A stretch of 64,000 nucleotides of DNA, from contig OX638157.1 in NCBI GenBank assembly GCA_951804945.1, positions 51,212,001-51,276,000 of the forward strand, in the 5' to 3' direction. Of the stretch, positions 36,697 through 48,739 are shown piece after piece (position 1 is the first letter of the stretch; every line of letters begins with the position of its first letter). Under the pieces are notes generated by a model that was given only the letters and a program-made list of their open reading frames with translations, was not told the DNA's origin and ran no database searches. The stretch comes from Podarcis cretensis. Its lineage: Eukaryota. The translations under genes and the position numbers were made by a program.

Positions 36697-38872
36697 TAAA
36701 AAAAATAAAAAAATATTACTTTTAAACCTTACAAAAAAGAAAAAAGGAAAAAGAAGAAGAAGCAAAAGAAAGAAAAAACAATACAATACCATATATAAAC
36801 AATACACAACGCAACATTAACACATTAGACTAAACAAAACAAAGCAAAAACAATTAAAAAACATACATCATACCATTTCAATGCCTTATCTTTCATTCCT
36901 TGTTTCATCGACCTCCTCTCACCTCCCTTTTTGTGTTCCACTTCTATTAATTGTTTCAGCAATTCCTTTCCATCTTTCTCTATTTTCTGTCATATAATTA
37001 TCTTAACTTATTTTAACCTTATTTTCCATTAATACTATAATACTTATTTATGCTTAACTCCTTATAACATTTCTACTAAAGCCATATAATTTCATTCCAA
37101 CATTTTTCTGACACTCTGTTAATTTTACAGTATTTCTATAAATAGACTTTAAACTTTTTCCAATCTTCTTCTACCGTCTCTTTTCCCTGGTCTCGGATTC
37201 TGCCAGTCATTTCCGTCAATTCCATATAGTCCATCAACCTGGTGATCTTCTGTCCGAGGCTCTTAACTCTTTTCCAAGTCCCTTCTGCAGGTCTTCTTCA
37301 TATTTATACATGCAGTTTACTTTGTCTTCTGCTGATCTTGTTCTTAATTTCCTTCCTTTGATACTGAAGAGTAGATCTCGGGGAAGCTCCGACCTAGCAA
37401 TGTTTTTATTCCTTCTTGACAGGTCAGCCAAATCTCTGTAGTTAAAGCTAAAATCCAAAAGATATTTCAGGACGTGTTTCAAAATCCCTCCAAATCTGAA
37501 GGTCCCCACAACTCCAATCTCCTCCTGACCCAGGTCCAGGTCCCAAAGGTCAGTAAGTCCCTGCATGAGGTGATCTATCCAACTTTCCTTCTCCAGTCCA
37601 AGCAGGGCTCCAATCCTCAAAATCTGACTTTCTCTAAATTCAATCATAGAAGGCAACAACTTATAGTCATCAAATTGCCTCTGTAAGGCTGGGGCTCTCT
37701 CCCTCTCCACTTGTATTACTTTAGGTTCAACAACAACAACTTTCTCCCTCGCCTTCTCTACAGTTTGCCATGTCAAAGTAGGTTCCTGTATCGATTCCTG
37801 AATAGTTTCTGTGTAGATGTTCACTTTTTGTCCCAAATTAGTCGCTTTTTGTCCCAAAATATCAATTTTAATATTTATCACATCCGTCTTCTTGTGGAGC
37901 TGTTCCAATGACTCACTTATCTTACATAGTGCAATCACTAAGGTTTCTTCTGTCGACATTCTTAACTGATCCAAGGTCAATCCCTGGTTCTCACGTTTTT
38001 TATCTTGCAGCTGGAGAATCCCCCAGCTCAACTCTTGTAACAGTTTCAAAGGCTCCCTCTAGAGGGAAACAATTTCTATTTGTATCAATCCTTTTAAGCA
38101 CAGTTCAAGCAATAAAATTAGTTTCAATTTTCAGTTACTTTTACTCCTTTTTAAACGCAGAAGGAGACAATGGAAGCAATGTATTTATCTTATTTAACTA
38201 CCTGTCAACAAACATTTTATTCAAAGTCAATGAACTTTCCCAAAACGTCAGTCTTACTAGCAGCCCGTTTCCAGGTTCATAGTGGTGGTAATTTAACTTT
38301 CTTCACTCTCTCCTGCAGGCTTACGCGATCCAAAATTTCCCCCCTCTTCTCCTGCTTCCAAGGGGGGTTTAATGATTTTAGCCGATGGAAGTTTAATCCT
38401 TTACAGAGGACTTTCCAAGACTTTAGCTTACAAGCTCTTTGCTTCAATCTATTTACAAAAGGGGAAGGCGGACTTCCTGTTTGAAACCTCCCCGTTTCGG
38501 TGCCAAATTAAGACATTTAAAAATCCAATTTTCCATTCTACTCACGGGTAGTTGTTTAAGATCAAATTGTCCACAGGAAAAAGTCAGCGCTCTCCGACAA
38601 CAGCAATGTGGCTTCACTCCGTGAAAGAAGCAGTCAGTTCGAAGCACTGCGCCACTCACCCCACATCGCTCCGGATCCCCAAAACCGGGTCTCCCCGCGA
38701 GTAGGGGAGGCGCAAAAGGTGCCAGCTGAATCCCACGTTCACAGGCTTCTCCCGCCTGTGATTTTTAGTGGGTCTCCGCCTTCGCCGTGGTGGCCAGACC
38801 CTGATTTCCACGGGGCTAATTCCTCCCGATCAGAGGAATTCCGCCATTGCCGGAGGTGCCAACCCGGAAGTC
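36697..38872 (-). mobile_element. Non-autonomous ORF1-only L1 derivative (HAL1/half-L1-like), apparently full length
   Basis: 17-bp TSD ctaatttggggtttctt (36680-36696 / 38873-38889); CpG-rich 5' end starting GACTTCCGGG...AATGGCGG; one ORF1-like ORF; only the last ~35 codons of ORF2; T-rich 3' UTR. Confidence 0.8.
37234..37959 (-). CDS. L1 ORF1-like protein (coiled coil plus degenerate RRM), 241 aa from first ATG
   Basis: Longest ORF in the window (frame open 37234-38049; first ATG 37959). Heptad-like ISESLEQLHKKTDVINIKIDILGQK; ILRIGAL, GTFRFG and LPRDLL resemble the L1 ORF1 motifs NLRIxG, RAxR and PRDII. Confidence 0.55.
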   Translation of the reverse strand: MSTEETLVIALCKISESLEQLHKKTDVINIKIDILGQKATNLGQKVNIYTETIQESIQEPTLTWQTVEKAREKVVVVEPKVIQVERERAPALQRQFDDYKLLPSMIEFRESQILRIGALLGLEKESWIDHLMQGLTDLWDLDLGQEEIGVVGTFRFGGILKHVLKYLLDFSFNYRDLADLSRRNKNIARSELPRDLLFSIKGRKLRTRSAEDKVNCMYKYEEDLQKGLGKELRASDRRSPG

Positions 38873-41800
38873 CTAATTTGGGGTTTCTTACCTTGCCAGA
38901 TAAATTTAGATAGCTCCTTCTGCAAATGTTTAAAGCATCCTGGCCCCCCTATAATTGGGATAATTTAAAACAGGAATAACACGTTCATTTTTATAGTAGA
39001 GATTATTCCCCATAATGAAAAATTTAATATGCTCCAAATTTCCATGTCTTTCTTCATTTCTTTCCATATCCTCTCATAATTATCCTTAAATAAATTTTTG
39101 CCGTGATCCAAATTCTTGACTGATGTTAAGTCAGTTCCCTGTTTTGGCATTAGTGTTATAAATGCATTTATTGCACATATATTCTTTCCTGTTATAGTGG
39201 CATGCTTTTGAATTAAGATTGGCTTCATAACATGATTACCAGGGTTTGAAGGAGAAAAGAGTATCAGCATGAGGCACAACATATAGTTCATAATTTTTTT
39301 TAACAGTGACTCATCAGAGGGCAAGTATGATGCCAGCAGCTGCTATAATTCCACCTCCAATAGTGTATAGCAGAGTGTTTTTTAAAAGAGGCTATAGACA
39401 CCTGGGTCTCAGCATCCTCCAAAGCTCTGCTGACCTATCCCAGCCAGATTGGAAGATACAGGAATGGACATTTTTTCCTGTTTTCTCCACACCTATATCA
39501 GGCTGGTTTAACTGAGGGGCCGAAGAGTTAGGCTCTTTGGGAAATGCATAGATCCAACAAGTCAAAATCCACTAGCGCCACACCAAATACCCCATGTTGG
39601 GGTTTTCAGCTGGCCATGGCTAGCAGGAGGACAATAGTAAATTGGGTGGAGCTAGAGCCTCTGCCACAAAGGAGCCACCCTTTTTGCTGATGGATGCTGG
39701 TCGAGATGCAATTGAGCACCATCCTGAAATGGTATTGTTAGGATTGTTCTGTAAATTACATGCATCTGGCTGTTACTTAAGCTGGGTCTGCATACAACAC
39801 ACTCTCTGAAGGTCAGTGCAAATCCTTTTATGCTTTCAGTCTGCAAGATCTGCATTGTAATGACTATACACAGCCACACAATCCTTATATCGCCCAAATT
39901 GTTTCAGCTTCTTGTAAGTGTTGTTGCAATGTAAGCACACAGGGTGGAATGGCACATTATCATTTTCCCATGCAGTGCAGCCACTGGGGTTTCAGTCTGA
40001 AGCAGAAGACTAGCATGATCATAAAAAGCCATCTTAACTCCTCTCTCACACAATATTGTTTCTGCTGGAAATCTAGGGATGCTGAATTAATTTGATCCTT
40101 CGGAATTCTGTTATGAACTGACTGATCTACACCTCCTGGATTAATGTGCAGATTAGGACTTAGTATCCACTGGCTTTTGCACTTGCTGAATGTTCCCACA
40201 CAGTTCTCAGCACAAAATGTGCTTGGAAATGTATATTTTGAGTTTAAAATATGAATTTCTACATTTATGTTATCTATATTTAAATCAGAGCCATAGCTAT
40301 ACGGGGGGTGCTAGCCAAGTTTTTGCCCTGGGTGAAGCCTCCAGAGGGGAGTCATTGAGGCTCCCAGCCATTGTGTGTGCCAAACTGGGTCTTTTACCTA
40401 GGAGAAATAAAGCTGTTTAAATGCATTTTAAGGTAGAATCAGATTTATGAGTGATCAAATGTAAAGATGACATGAAATAGACTGATTTTTCCGTCCATTA
40501 AAAATCCTATCTCTGTTATTACTCTGCTAGGGAAAAGATACAGACATTGCTTTACCAAATGAAAGAAGTGCTTATATATAGCTCTGTCCTGAAAAGAGGA
40601 AATTTCTCCTTTTATGTATATGGTTGTGCTGCATAGTTAAAGAAATGTGAAGCAGTACTTTTAGGAATTTGTAAGAGTAACACTAAATGGAAAAGGATTT
40701 TTAAATCCTAGGCAGTGGAAGGAAGGGGTGAAATCAGACATGCACCTTTAATTCTTTAACTGCTGACTCCAGCCACCCAGCAGTACATTTTATCTACAGT
40801 ATGAATAAGGATCACATTAGGTAGACATATAATTATTGCTAGAAATTGTCACATGTATGCATGAATGAGAGTACTGGTAATATTCTAGCATCAGCAATTA
40901 AAATAACGTAAAAAGCTCAGCACTATTCTCACACTGCCACCTCTGTCACCCAATTCCTGTACCCCTGACTAATTCATGGTGGTCAAATTCTGATCTGAAC
41001 AAGTGGCACCATCTGTCACAGTTACTATAATTTAGCTATCTAGACAAAAGTCTTTTTAAGTGGTTCATCCCATCGACGGGTAAAGAAGGAACACTCTGTC
41101 TTTGTGTTCAGCATGATTGCTGGCTTTTCTAACCTTAAAACCAAAGTGCATTGTAGTAGAAACACTGCTTTGGCACAGTGTCAGAGCTCATACAGCCAAC
41201 CTGCTTTTGCAGAAACATGACAGCAAAGAAAACCATAGCACAACTTATACATCCGTGCCCTTTCAAGGTTTTGGGTCAAAATTTCATATTTAAATGTAAT
41301 AGCAATGCATAATCAAATAGTTATTATTCAGACTGCTTTACTTGACAGTCAAACATTGACAGCTGTATGGTCAATCTGCTTTTATCGCTTGGGGACAGTC
41401 CACATGGGTAAAAGCTGCTGAGCCGAGCTGATTGAAGGCACAGAAATAGTGATTATTGCCATGGTTATAGAGCAGTTAACAACATAGATTGGAGAGTTAA
41501 CAACATAGATTGTATGCAGCACAATCCTATTCATGAGCACTCAAACATAATTCCATTGAGTTGAAGTAAGTTTGTATAGGCTTGCACACTTAACCATTTA
41601 ATGTTTGTGGTATCTGCAGGTTGACAATACAGATGGCAACAATCTAAGTCGTTCTTGGAAGCTATTGGGTATAGAACTAGGAATAAATCCTTAATTCTGT
41701 GTTCAGCGTCCTCCTTTTTTCAGGCCCCAGAGCTAATGTTTGGAGTGGGCAGTGAAGCATTCAAAGGATCGTTGGTTGACAACTCAGGTTGACATCTGGC

Positions 41801-44800
41801 CCCTCCTAGAAATGAAGGGCTATAAAGAATATCCAGTTTGGACTGGGACTTTCCCTGAGAAACAATGCTTTTCATGGCTGGTTATTTTGGTGTGATTTTT
41901 GCCTCTTAACCCTTGACTTGTCTCTCAGCTCTGACTTCCTGGCACAATTTTTAGTTCCCTTCTGGCAATTCAGCTCTGACAATAGTAGACCACTGTAGAT
42001 GTTAAGTCACCGGTGCCAACCATGCGCCATATGGAAAATATTATTCTTTACATCCATTCTGAAATTTCTTCCATTTCAGTTAGCTATAGAATGTTTCATA
42101 TTATTTGATCTTCAGCTTCTTTACTAGTTGCCTAGTTGGTAATGGTTAGTTGGTGAACTGAAATTGAATAGAATAGTGGGGAAACCCTCCAGTATTAGAG
42201 TGCTTTCTGCACTGAACATACGTAGGAATCAAACAGAAAACTGCTAGATATGTGACATCAGAGGGACAAGTGCAAGAATAAGATTCATATTTTAATAAAC
42301 CTATTGGTACTTTATTCACTGAACATTTTTATTACATTGATCCTGACCATTCTGATTTTACAAAAGGAAAGTTCATATTGTCAAATGCCTTAATGCACTG
42401 ATGCAATCATATACACAGAATACATGATCACAGAGAAACCCTACTGTGAATGCATCCTTTGTCAACACTTTTATTTTTTTTACACATTGTCATTCATGGT
42501 TACATTGAGGACTTTGATGGTCTGAAGTGGCACAAAGACATGTGCCTTTAGATGTTTGTTCTGGCCCCTAGAGCTGTTTTCAGAACAAGAAGGAGAAATT
42601 GTAGGGAAAGGCCTCAAGAGCACTAGCAACAGAGTGGTTAGTTTAGCTTTTCAGTTAAGAAATATAATATTCAGTTATATGAACCAGTGTTCTAGAGGTA
42701 CATTTAATTCCAATGTCTAGTCTCTCAAACACATTATTTGTTGTTTTCCAATCAATTGATTTGTTTTCCAATCAATGCACTGGATCTTGCTAGAACATGT
42801 AGGCTTCTTTCCTAGCCATTTCTGGGGATCCAGCCTCTTCTTTCCTTGTAAACAAGTTAATGGAGATATCATTGTCTCCATTACTTGCACAGGGGGGAAG
42901 AAGTGGCTGCACCCCAGAAATGAAGACAGTCACAGAAATTGTCTAGAGATTTGCTGTACAATGTCTTCAGCATTCCAATGACTTCCAGCTCAGTTTTTAA
43001 AATTTGTATTAGGTATCGTTGCAGATCCAGGATTAGTACCTGGGGACTGTTACAGATTGGATGAGACTTAACAAACAAGTAGAATTCAGAAGTGGAACTA
43101 CTGGGATCAATCATGTACAGGCTGTAGTTATACTGCACTTAAAGATGGCATGTAGTAAGGTTTTAAGTGACAACAAACAGGAACATCCAGGTCATATGAA
43201 TCCCCTCTCTGACTCCATATTTCTTACCCGTAATCCAAAGGATTTAAATAATTGTTGGCACCTTTGAAAACCAATACTGTGCCATTTGATTTTGATAAAA
43301 CATTTGAACATATTGCCTACCAAACAGATTTAGAAATCATTCTTCTTTCCCACATGCCTCTCTAACTGCATTTCTGCACTTTGGTCAGACTGCTCAGCCT
43401 TCATCACAATAACATAGCATTTCTGGTTTGTAAATCAAGGACACTTTGTGGGTTAGAGCTATATGCTGTATCCTTCAAAGTGGCCTAAACAGCCAACAGG
43501 AGTAATGGGAATGATTAAACCCTGTCACATGGGGTTAGATCTGGTGCTTTCTTCCCACATGACAGGCTGTGACAGCCAAGCACCATTGGAGCAAAGCAAA
43601 TGACTGTGGCAGTTTGCTGTGAGCAGAGGTACTGTCAAAACTGTTATTACAAGCAAAATGTTAGATTTATCAAGTAGGGAAGTTTTCAACTACTAGACAA
43701 TGCAAATTCTATTTATATATACTTCTCCGCAAATGGTGACAGGCAACAGGGTTGTGATATACTGTGGTTGATTTAGTATCCACTGACATGTGCATGCCAT
43801 GTAGTTAATTTGTGACATGCATACAACTGTTCTGTGTAGGCATTGTGTTTGCAACATGTTCATTCTTTAGAAGAAAGCTGTCTTAAGCTATTGCCACTCA
43901 GTTATAATTCAAGCAAAGCTTATCATTGCTTTGTAATTGGTGTGCCTGCTTGTTATTTGGAACGATTACAGGCAGGTTGTCAGGAAGTAACGATGTCCCT
44001 GTCTGAAGCCAAGGTTTTGTCAGACTGGCACATATTTCAGCTGTATGCATCTAGTCATTGAACAGAGGGCATTAGCGTCACGGGCACTTCAAATGCCTCT
44101 TTCTTAATTTAGCAGAAAGGATATTAGAAGGAACTGAAAGTGAAAGCCTGTCTTGGAAAGACGGTGTTTGTAGTTGCCTACCATGCCAGTTCAGAGGGCA
44201 TACAGAACCATGAGCATCTCTTCCCACCCCCTTTTGACTTATTTTTGATTGATTGCTTCATCTTCCACTGAAGGAATCAAGTCATAAAGTTTCAGCTGAC
44301 CTGGACTGACTGATTTCTTCACAGTACAGGGTGTGTTTGTGTGTGTGCTTGCAACCAGGTTGGGTGAGGCAGCAAGGATGGTTTAGTAGATGAGGGAAAT
44401 GAAAAGAATGCATAGTCTGACTCTCCTGGAAACATATTTTCTCCACTTATCTCCAACTTTGATATACGAAGAAGAGCCAAGCTCTTTTCAAAAGAAAAGG
44501 TGTGTCAGGGGGAAAACATTCTTACCCACTCTGAAACAAAGGGGGATCTTTGCTAATCATTCTCTACCTTTTGGCAAGGGGCAGCCACACTTTCTACCCC
44601 CCACAAGATTCAGGGAATTATGGTACATGTAAAAGAATACCTGAATTGTGCACACAATCCCTGCCACTTGTGAAAGCAGCAACAAAAAACAAAAAAGCGG
44701 GGGGGGGGGGGGGGCTGTGCCTCTGCTAGTTCGCTCCACTCCTAAGAAACTGTTGGAGAATTACCTCTTTGCTTGGATATTTATTAGAAAAATTGTGCCC

Positions 44801-45398
44801 CAAATTTCACCATCCACAAATTGTTTGCAGGGATATGTTCTCTCACCTAGAAAGAAAGTTAGATGCTAGAGCAAATGGATGAGAGGAACCTGTCTGACTC
44901 TACAAGAAATGTCACATCCTCTCTAAGAGATCCCGTCAGGCTCACCCTGCACTGGGGTAGACCCACAAAACTGTTGCACATTTGCACATCTCACCTGGGG
45001 TAGAACCAGAACTGGCTGAGAACATTTATCCATCTGTGGAGCAGGAGTGCCAACTTGAATAAAATATGGGGTGGGGGGGAGAGGTAAGCTCCGCTCCACA
45101 TAATCACAAGACGCAGTGCACACACACCATTTGAATGGCAATGCTCATCTATTTGGGGGGGAGGAACTGGCCCCCTGAAATATTTTATTAGGGGCCGTGA
45201 AGGGACTTCAGCTCCTAGGAGTTGGCTTCTGTGCTGTGGAGACACTGGGACTCATTTCTAGGGGGCAGCTTTCTCTCCCTTCTGTCTTCTCTCTTGGTTG
45301 ACTGCTGTTAATGGTGGGATATTTTCTTCTACTCTGTTCTGCATTTATGAATATTACTTTTTTTCTTTTTATGTTGTTGTAAAACTAAGCAGAGGCCA

Positions 45399-45399
<1 letters not shown>

Positions 45400-45437
<38 letters not shown>
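45400..45437. repeat. (AC)n microsatellite
   Basis: Perfect AC run. Confidence 0.95.
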
Positions 45438-45438
<1 letters not shown>

Positions 45439-46384
45439 CTTACAGGGCCACTATAAAACTAAGTACAAAGTGAAATTATGTGCTTGCAAGTCACTAGAGA
45501 ATTAATGTATTCTGGAATTTTTTCTGGGTTTATGTAAAAAATGCACTTCATATTTTAAATGCTATTTGAAGGATAGCTTGTATTTTGAATTACTCATGCA
45601 TGCAAATATTGTTAAGCTCTGTTAGTGGGTGTATGGATTTAATAGCTAACTCAATAGTGAAATCTGTAGCAGACATCGGTGGCCAAACTTTTAAATTCTG
45701 TTTACTTTTTAGGGAATGAAGATGTTAAAGCAATGCAGACTGAGCCAGTATTGTTCTTTTGCCTTCATTCTGCTCTGTACTTGAGTACATAGGGTAATCT
45801 TCACCTAGATGAGCAAATAAAAGTAGAGTTTAGCCCTCTTTACCACTGACCCTTGTACTTCGGTATAGGAAATAAGATTGTGCTGGGATTCCAGTTGCAT
45901 GGAGCTGTAGTGGTTTTCCTGCTTGTGTAACATAAAGCCTTCAGTTCTATGAGGCTATTTAACCTAAAGGAGCCTACTTAACACATGTTCATTGAAAGGG
46001 TACCAGCAGTCTGTACAATATTAAAATCTAATTTGTTAATAAAATCTGGGGTGTGGGTGTGGGTGTAGATCAACGACATACTTGCATCACTATTAAATAG
46101 TTGGCATTTTTTATATTGCTTTCCACTCTGAGTCACTGAAACTTATTTTTGGTCTTGCTGCTTGAACTATTATTTTGCTTTTCATGATTTTCATCATAGT
46201 GTTGTTTGTCAAAGTATGTGTTGTTTTATTTGAAAATAGAATAGTCCATTATGAAATGCAGAGATGAGAAACAGATTTTTTTTAATGGTTATCAATTCTA
46301 GCAAACTGCTGAGTTACAGAGCATTAGGACATAAATTTATAAGTCTCTTGTAATTACAATTAAATGTTGCTTAATTAGCTGGAA

Positions 46385-46766
46385 GGGACACGGGTGGCGC
46401 TGTGGTTTAAACCACTGTGCCACTTGGACTTGCTGATCGGAAGGTCAGGGGTTTGAGGCCCCGCAACGGGTTGAGCTCCCGTTGTTCGGTCCCAGCTCCT
46501 GCCAACCTAGCAGTTCAAAAGCACGCAGTGCAAGTAGATAAATAGGTACCGCTTCGGTGGGAAGGTAAACGGCATTTCTGTGCGCTGCTCTGGCTTTGCC
46601 AGAAGCGGCTTAGTCATGCTGGCCACATGACCCGGAAAAACTGTCTGCTGAAGCGGACAAACGCCAGCTCCCTCAACAAGGGAGGGACTCTGGGGATGCG
46701 AGATGAGTGCCGCATCCCCAGAGTTGTTCACTATTGGACTTAACTGTCAGGGGTACCTTTACCTTT
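46385..46766 (+). mobile_element. Sauria SINE (Squam1), full length
   Basis: Head gggacacgggtggcgctgtggtttaaacc, body ccaacctagcagttc..gtagataaataggtacc..gggaaggtaaacggc..gtcatgctggccacatgacccgg, (ACCTTT)2 tail; direct repeat ttaattagctggaaggg at 46371-46387 / 46765-46781. Confidence 0.93.
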
Positions 46767-48146
46767 AATTAGCTGGAAGGGGCTAATTTAAGGTGTAAAC
46801 TACATTTGTAAACTTACAGGTTGATCAAATTGTGTAATATTGGTTGTTGTGAAATAAGTGGATATTTTTTGGATGTTTCTTTTTATTTTCTCACAACACA
46901 AAAGGCATGCACGCACCATTCCATTTTGCAGTTATGAATGAAAAGATATTTCAAAGGCAGTAAATTAGGTTGTGCTGTAAGAACCCAAGCATTTTACTTC
47001 CTCTCTCACAACTCCCACTGTTTCCCCGATCTATGATCTGCAAGCTGCTATTATTATTTGTGTTCTACAATTACCAGAAATGACACCTCCCTTTCCCCAG
47101 CCTCAAGCTACAGGTCTGAAATGAATAAATGCTGCTTATTGTGACAGTCTGTGTTTTGCCTGTGGAAAAATGACAGGCTGCACTACTGACAGCCAGTTGC
47201 TGATTTTTTTTTGGGGGGGGGGGTGTTAACAGGGGAAGGTTACTACCGTTTCCTAACCTGGTTATCAGAAACTATCCAAAACTATAACAAAAGATAGCAT
47301 GGTGTATCATGGTGAATAAGACTCTCCAACATTTATTTCTCTTAAACCAACAAACTGTGTTAACTCCCTGTATTTTCTTAGATTTATACAGTACAGGCAA
47401 CGGCCACTTTGCGTGTGTTCAAAGCACGTATGACCATGCACACATGCATCGCCATGAACCTGGAAGTGGCAGGGAAAGAGTGCGTAATGGAAGCAGGGTG
47501 GGCTTATATGCACTCTGCTGCTGCACGTGTTGACCCAGAATGCAACCCCCCCACAAATTGGGGGTTGCCTATATTAGCATAAGTTGACACTTGGTACAGT
47601 AACAGTACAAGTTTAAGAATAAGTTAGCCAACAATTATCGTAACACAACAAGTTATTATATTATCTCTGCACCACTCATTGGGATAATTTATGTCTAAGC
47701 ACTGCATTCTGAATAAGCATAAACAGGTAGTACTGCTAATGGGAGCAATTAGAACAATTTATGAATTGCGGGATCATTTCCACTAGGCCAGCTTGGGAAT
47801 GCTTCAGTTGAATCAGTGTGATACAGCATGACTTGGGTACTGAAATTTCTACAAAAATGCTTCAGAGCATTCAAAGGCTTGCAGCTAATTAGGTTTTAAA
47901 GAAAATTATATTTTGGTGATATATTTACAGCACAGTCTTATGCATGTTTACTCGGAACTAGTTTCACTGTGTTCAGTGGTGGTTACTGCTGGGAAAGTTT
48001 GTTTATAATTGCAACCTTATTTATAATTATACCCTGCAGATTAGGCTAGATTGATAAATAAACCACTTATAATTTGTCCATGCCCTCATTTGTAGCTTGC
48101 AACATTCCACTACCGTACTTTTCCCCCTCTTTACCAATTTCCTTCC

Positions 48147-48739
48147 TGTCAGGGACCGGCTGGACAAAGAGGAGTGGTGGGAGGCACCAGCTGAGGAACC
48201 CTCAAGGGGACCCCTGGAGGAAGAAGGCTCAGAGCCAGGGGTTTAGTGGTGGGACACAGAGGAATGGTCAGAAGGAGAAGATTGGTGGGAGGAGGGGTCA
48301 GAAGCTGAAGAGGTAACAGAGTTTAGTGAGCAAGAAGAGCCTATGACAGGGAGCAGTTCAGACTCCAAGGCTGAAGCAGAGGAGTAGGGGCAAGAGACTG
48401 CTGAAGAAGTCTGGGAGTCTTCCCCTTCTGCTGCGACAAGCTCCCCTCCTCCCTGGTCTCCGAGAACACACATAGTAATGAGAAGAGCAGAACAGAAGTC
48501 AGAGGTGTGCAGACACAGTTTGAAAATGCTTGGAAAACATCCGGGAGGGGAAGGGCCTTAAGGGTAGTAGAAGGCAGGGACCTTCAGTCCTGGCAACTCC
48601 TCTATAGGGGCAAGACCTACTGGAAGGGTTGTTGAGACTACAAGGCTGAGTTGTATTTAGTTTCCTTGAATAAAGTGTTCACTGACATCATAGCTTTGCT
48701 TCCTTTCTTGCTGACCTGCATCTGACGCTGGCCCTGACA
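48147..48739 (+). mobile_element. Solo LTR (593 bp), probably Gypsy-type
   Basis: TG...CA ends with 8-bp inverted repeat TGTCAGGG / CCCTGACA; perfect 5-bp TSD cttcc (48142-48146 / 48740-48744); TATA-like ctata near 48602 and AATAAA at 48669. Confidence 0.85.

Larger units (their letters stand above)
35935..39100 (-). mobile_element. Degraded L1 ORF2 fragment (host), split by a 2.2-kb insertion
   Basis: KNLFKDNYERIWKEMKKDMEIW..LSKFIWQGKKPQI (39100-38873) continues as KKPQIRYKLLTDIKERGGFALLDLKLYYEASCLCWLKEW (from 36696), then KENFLKMLYRWYMTP near 35950. Confidence 0.85.
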
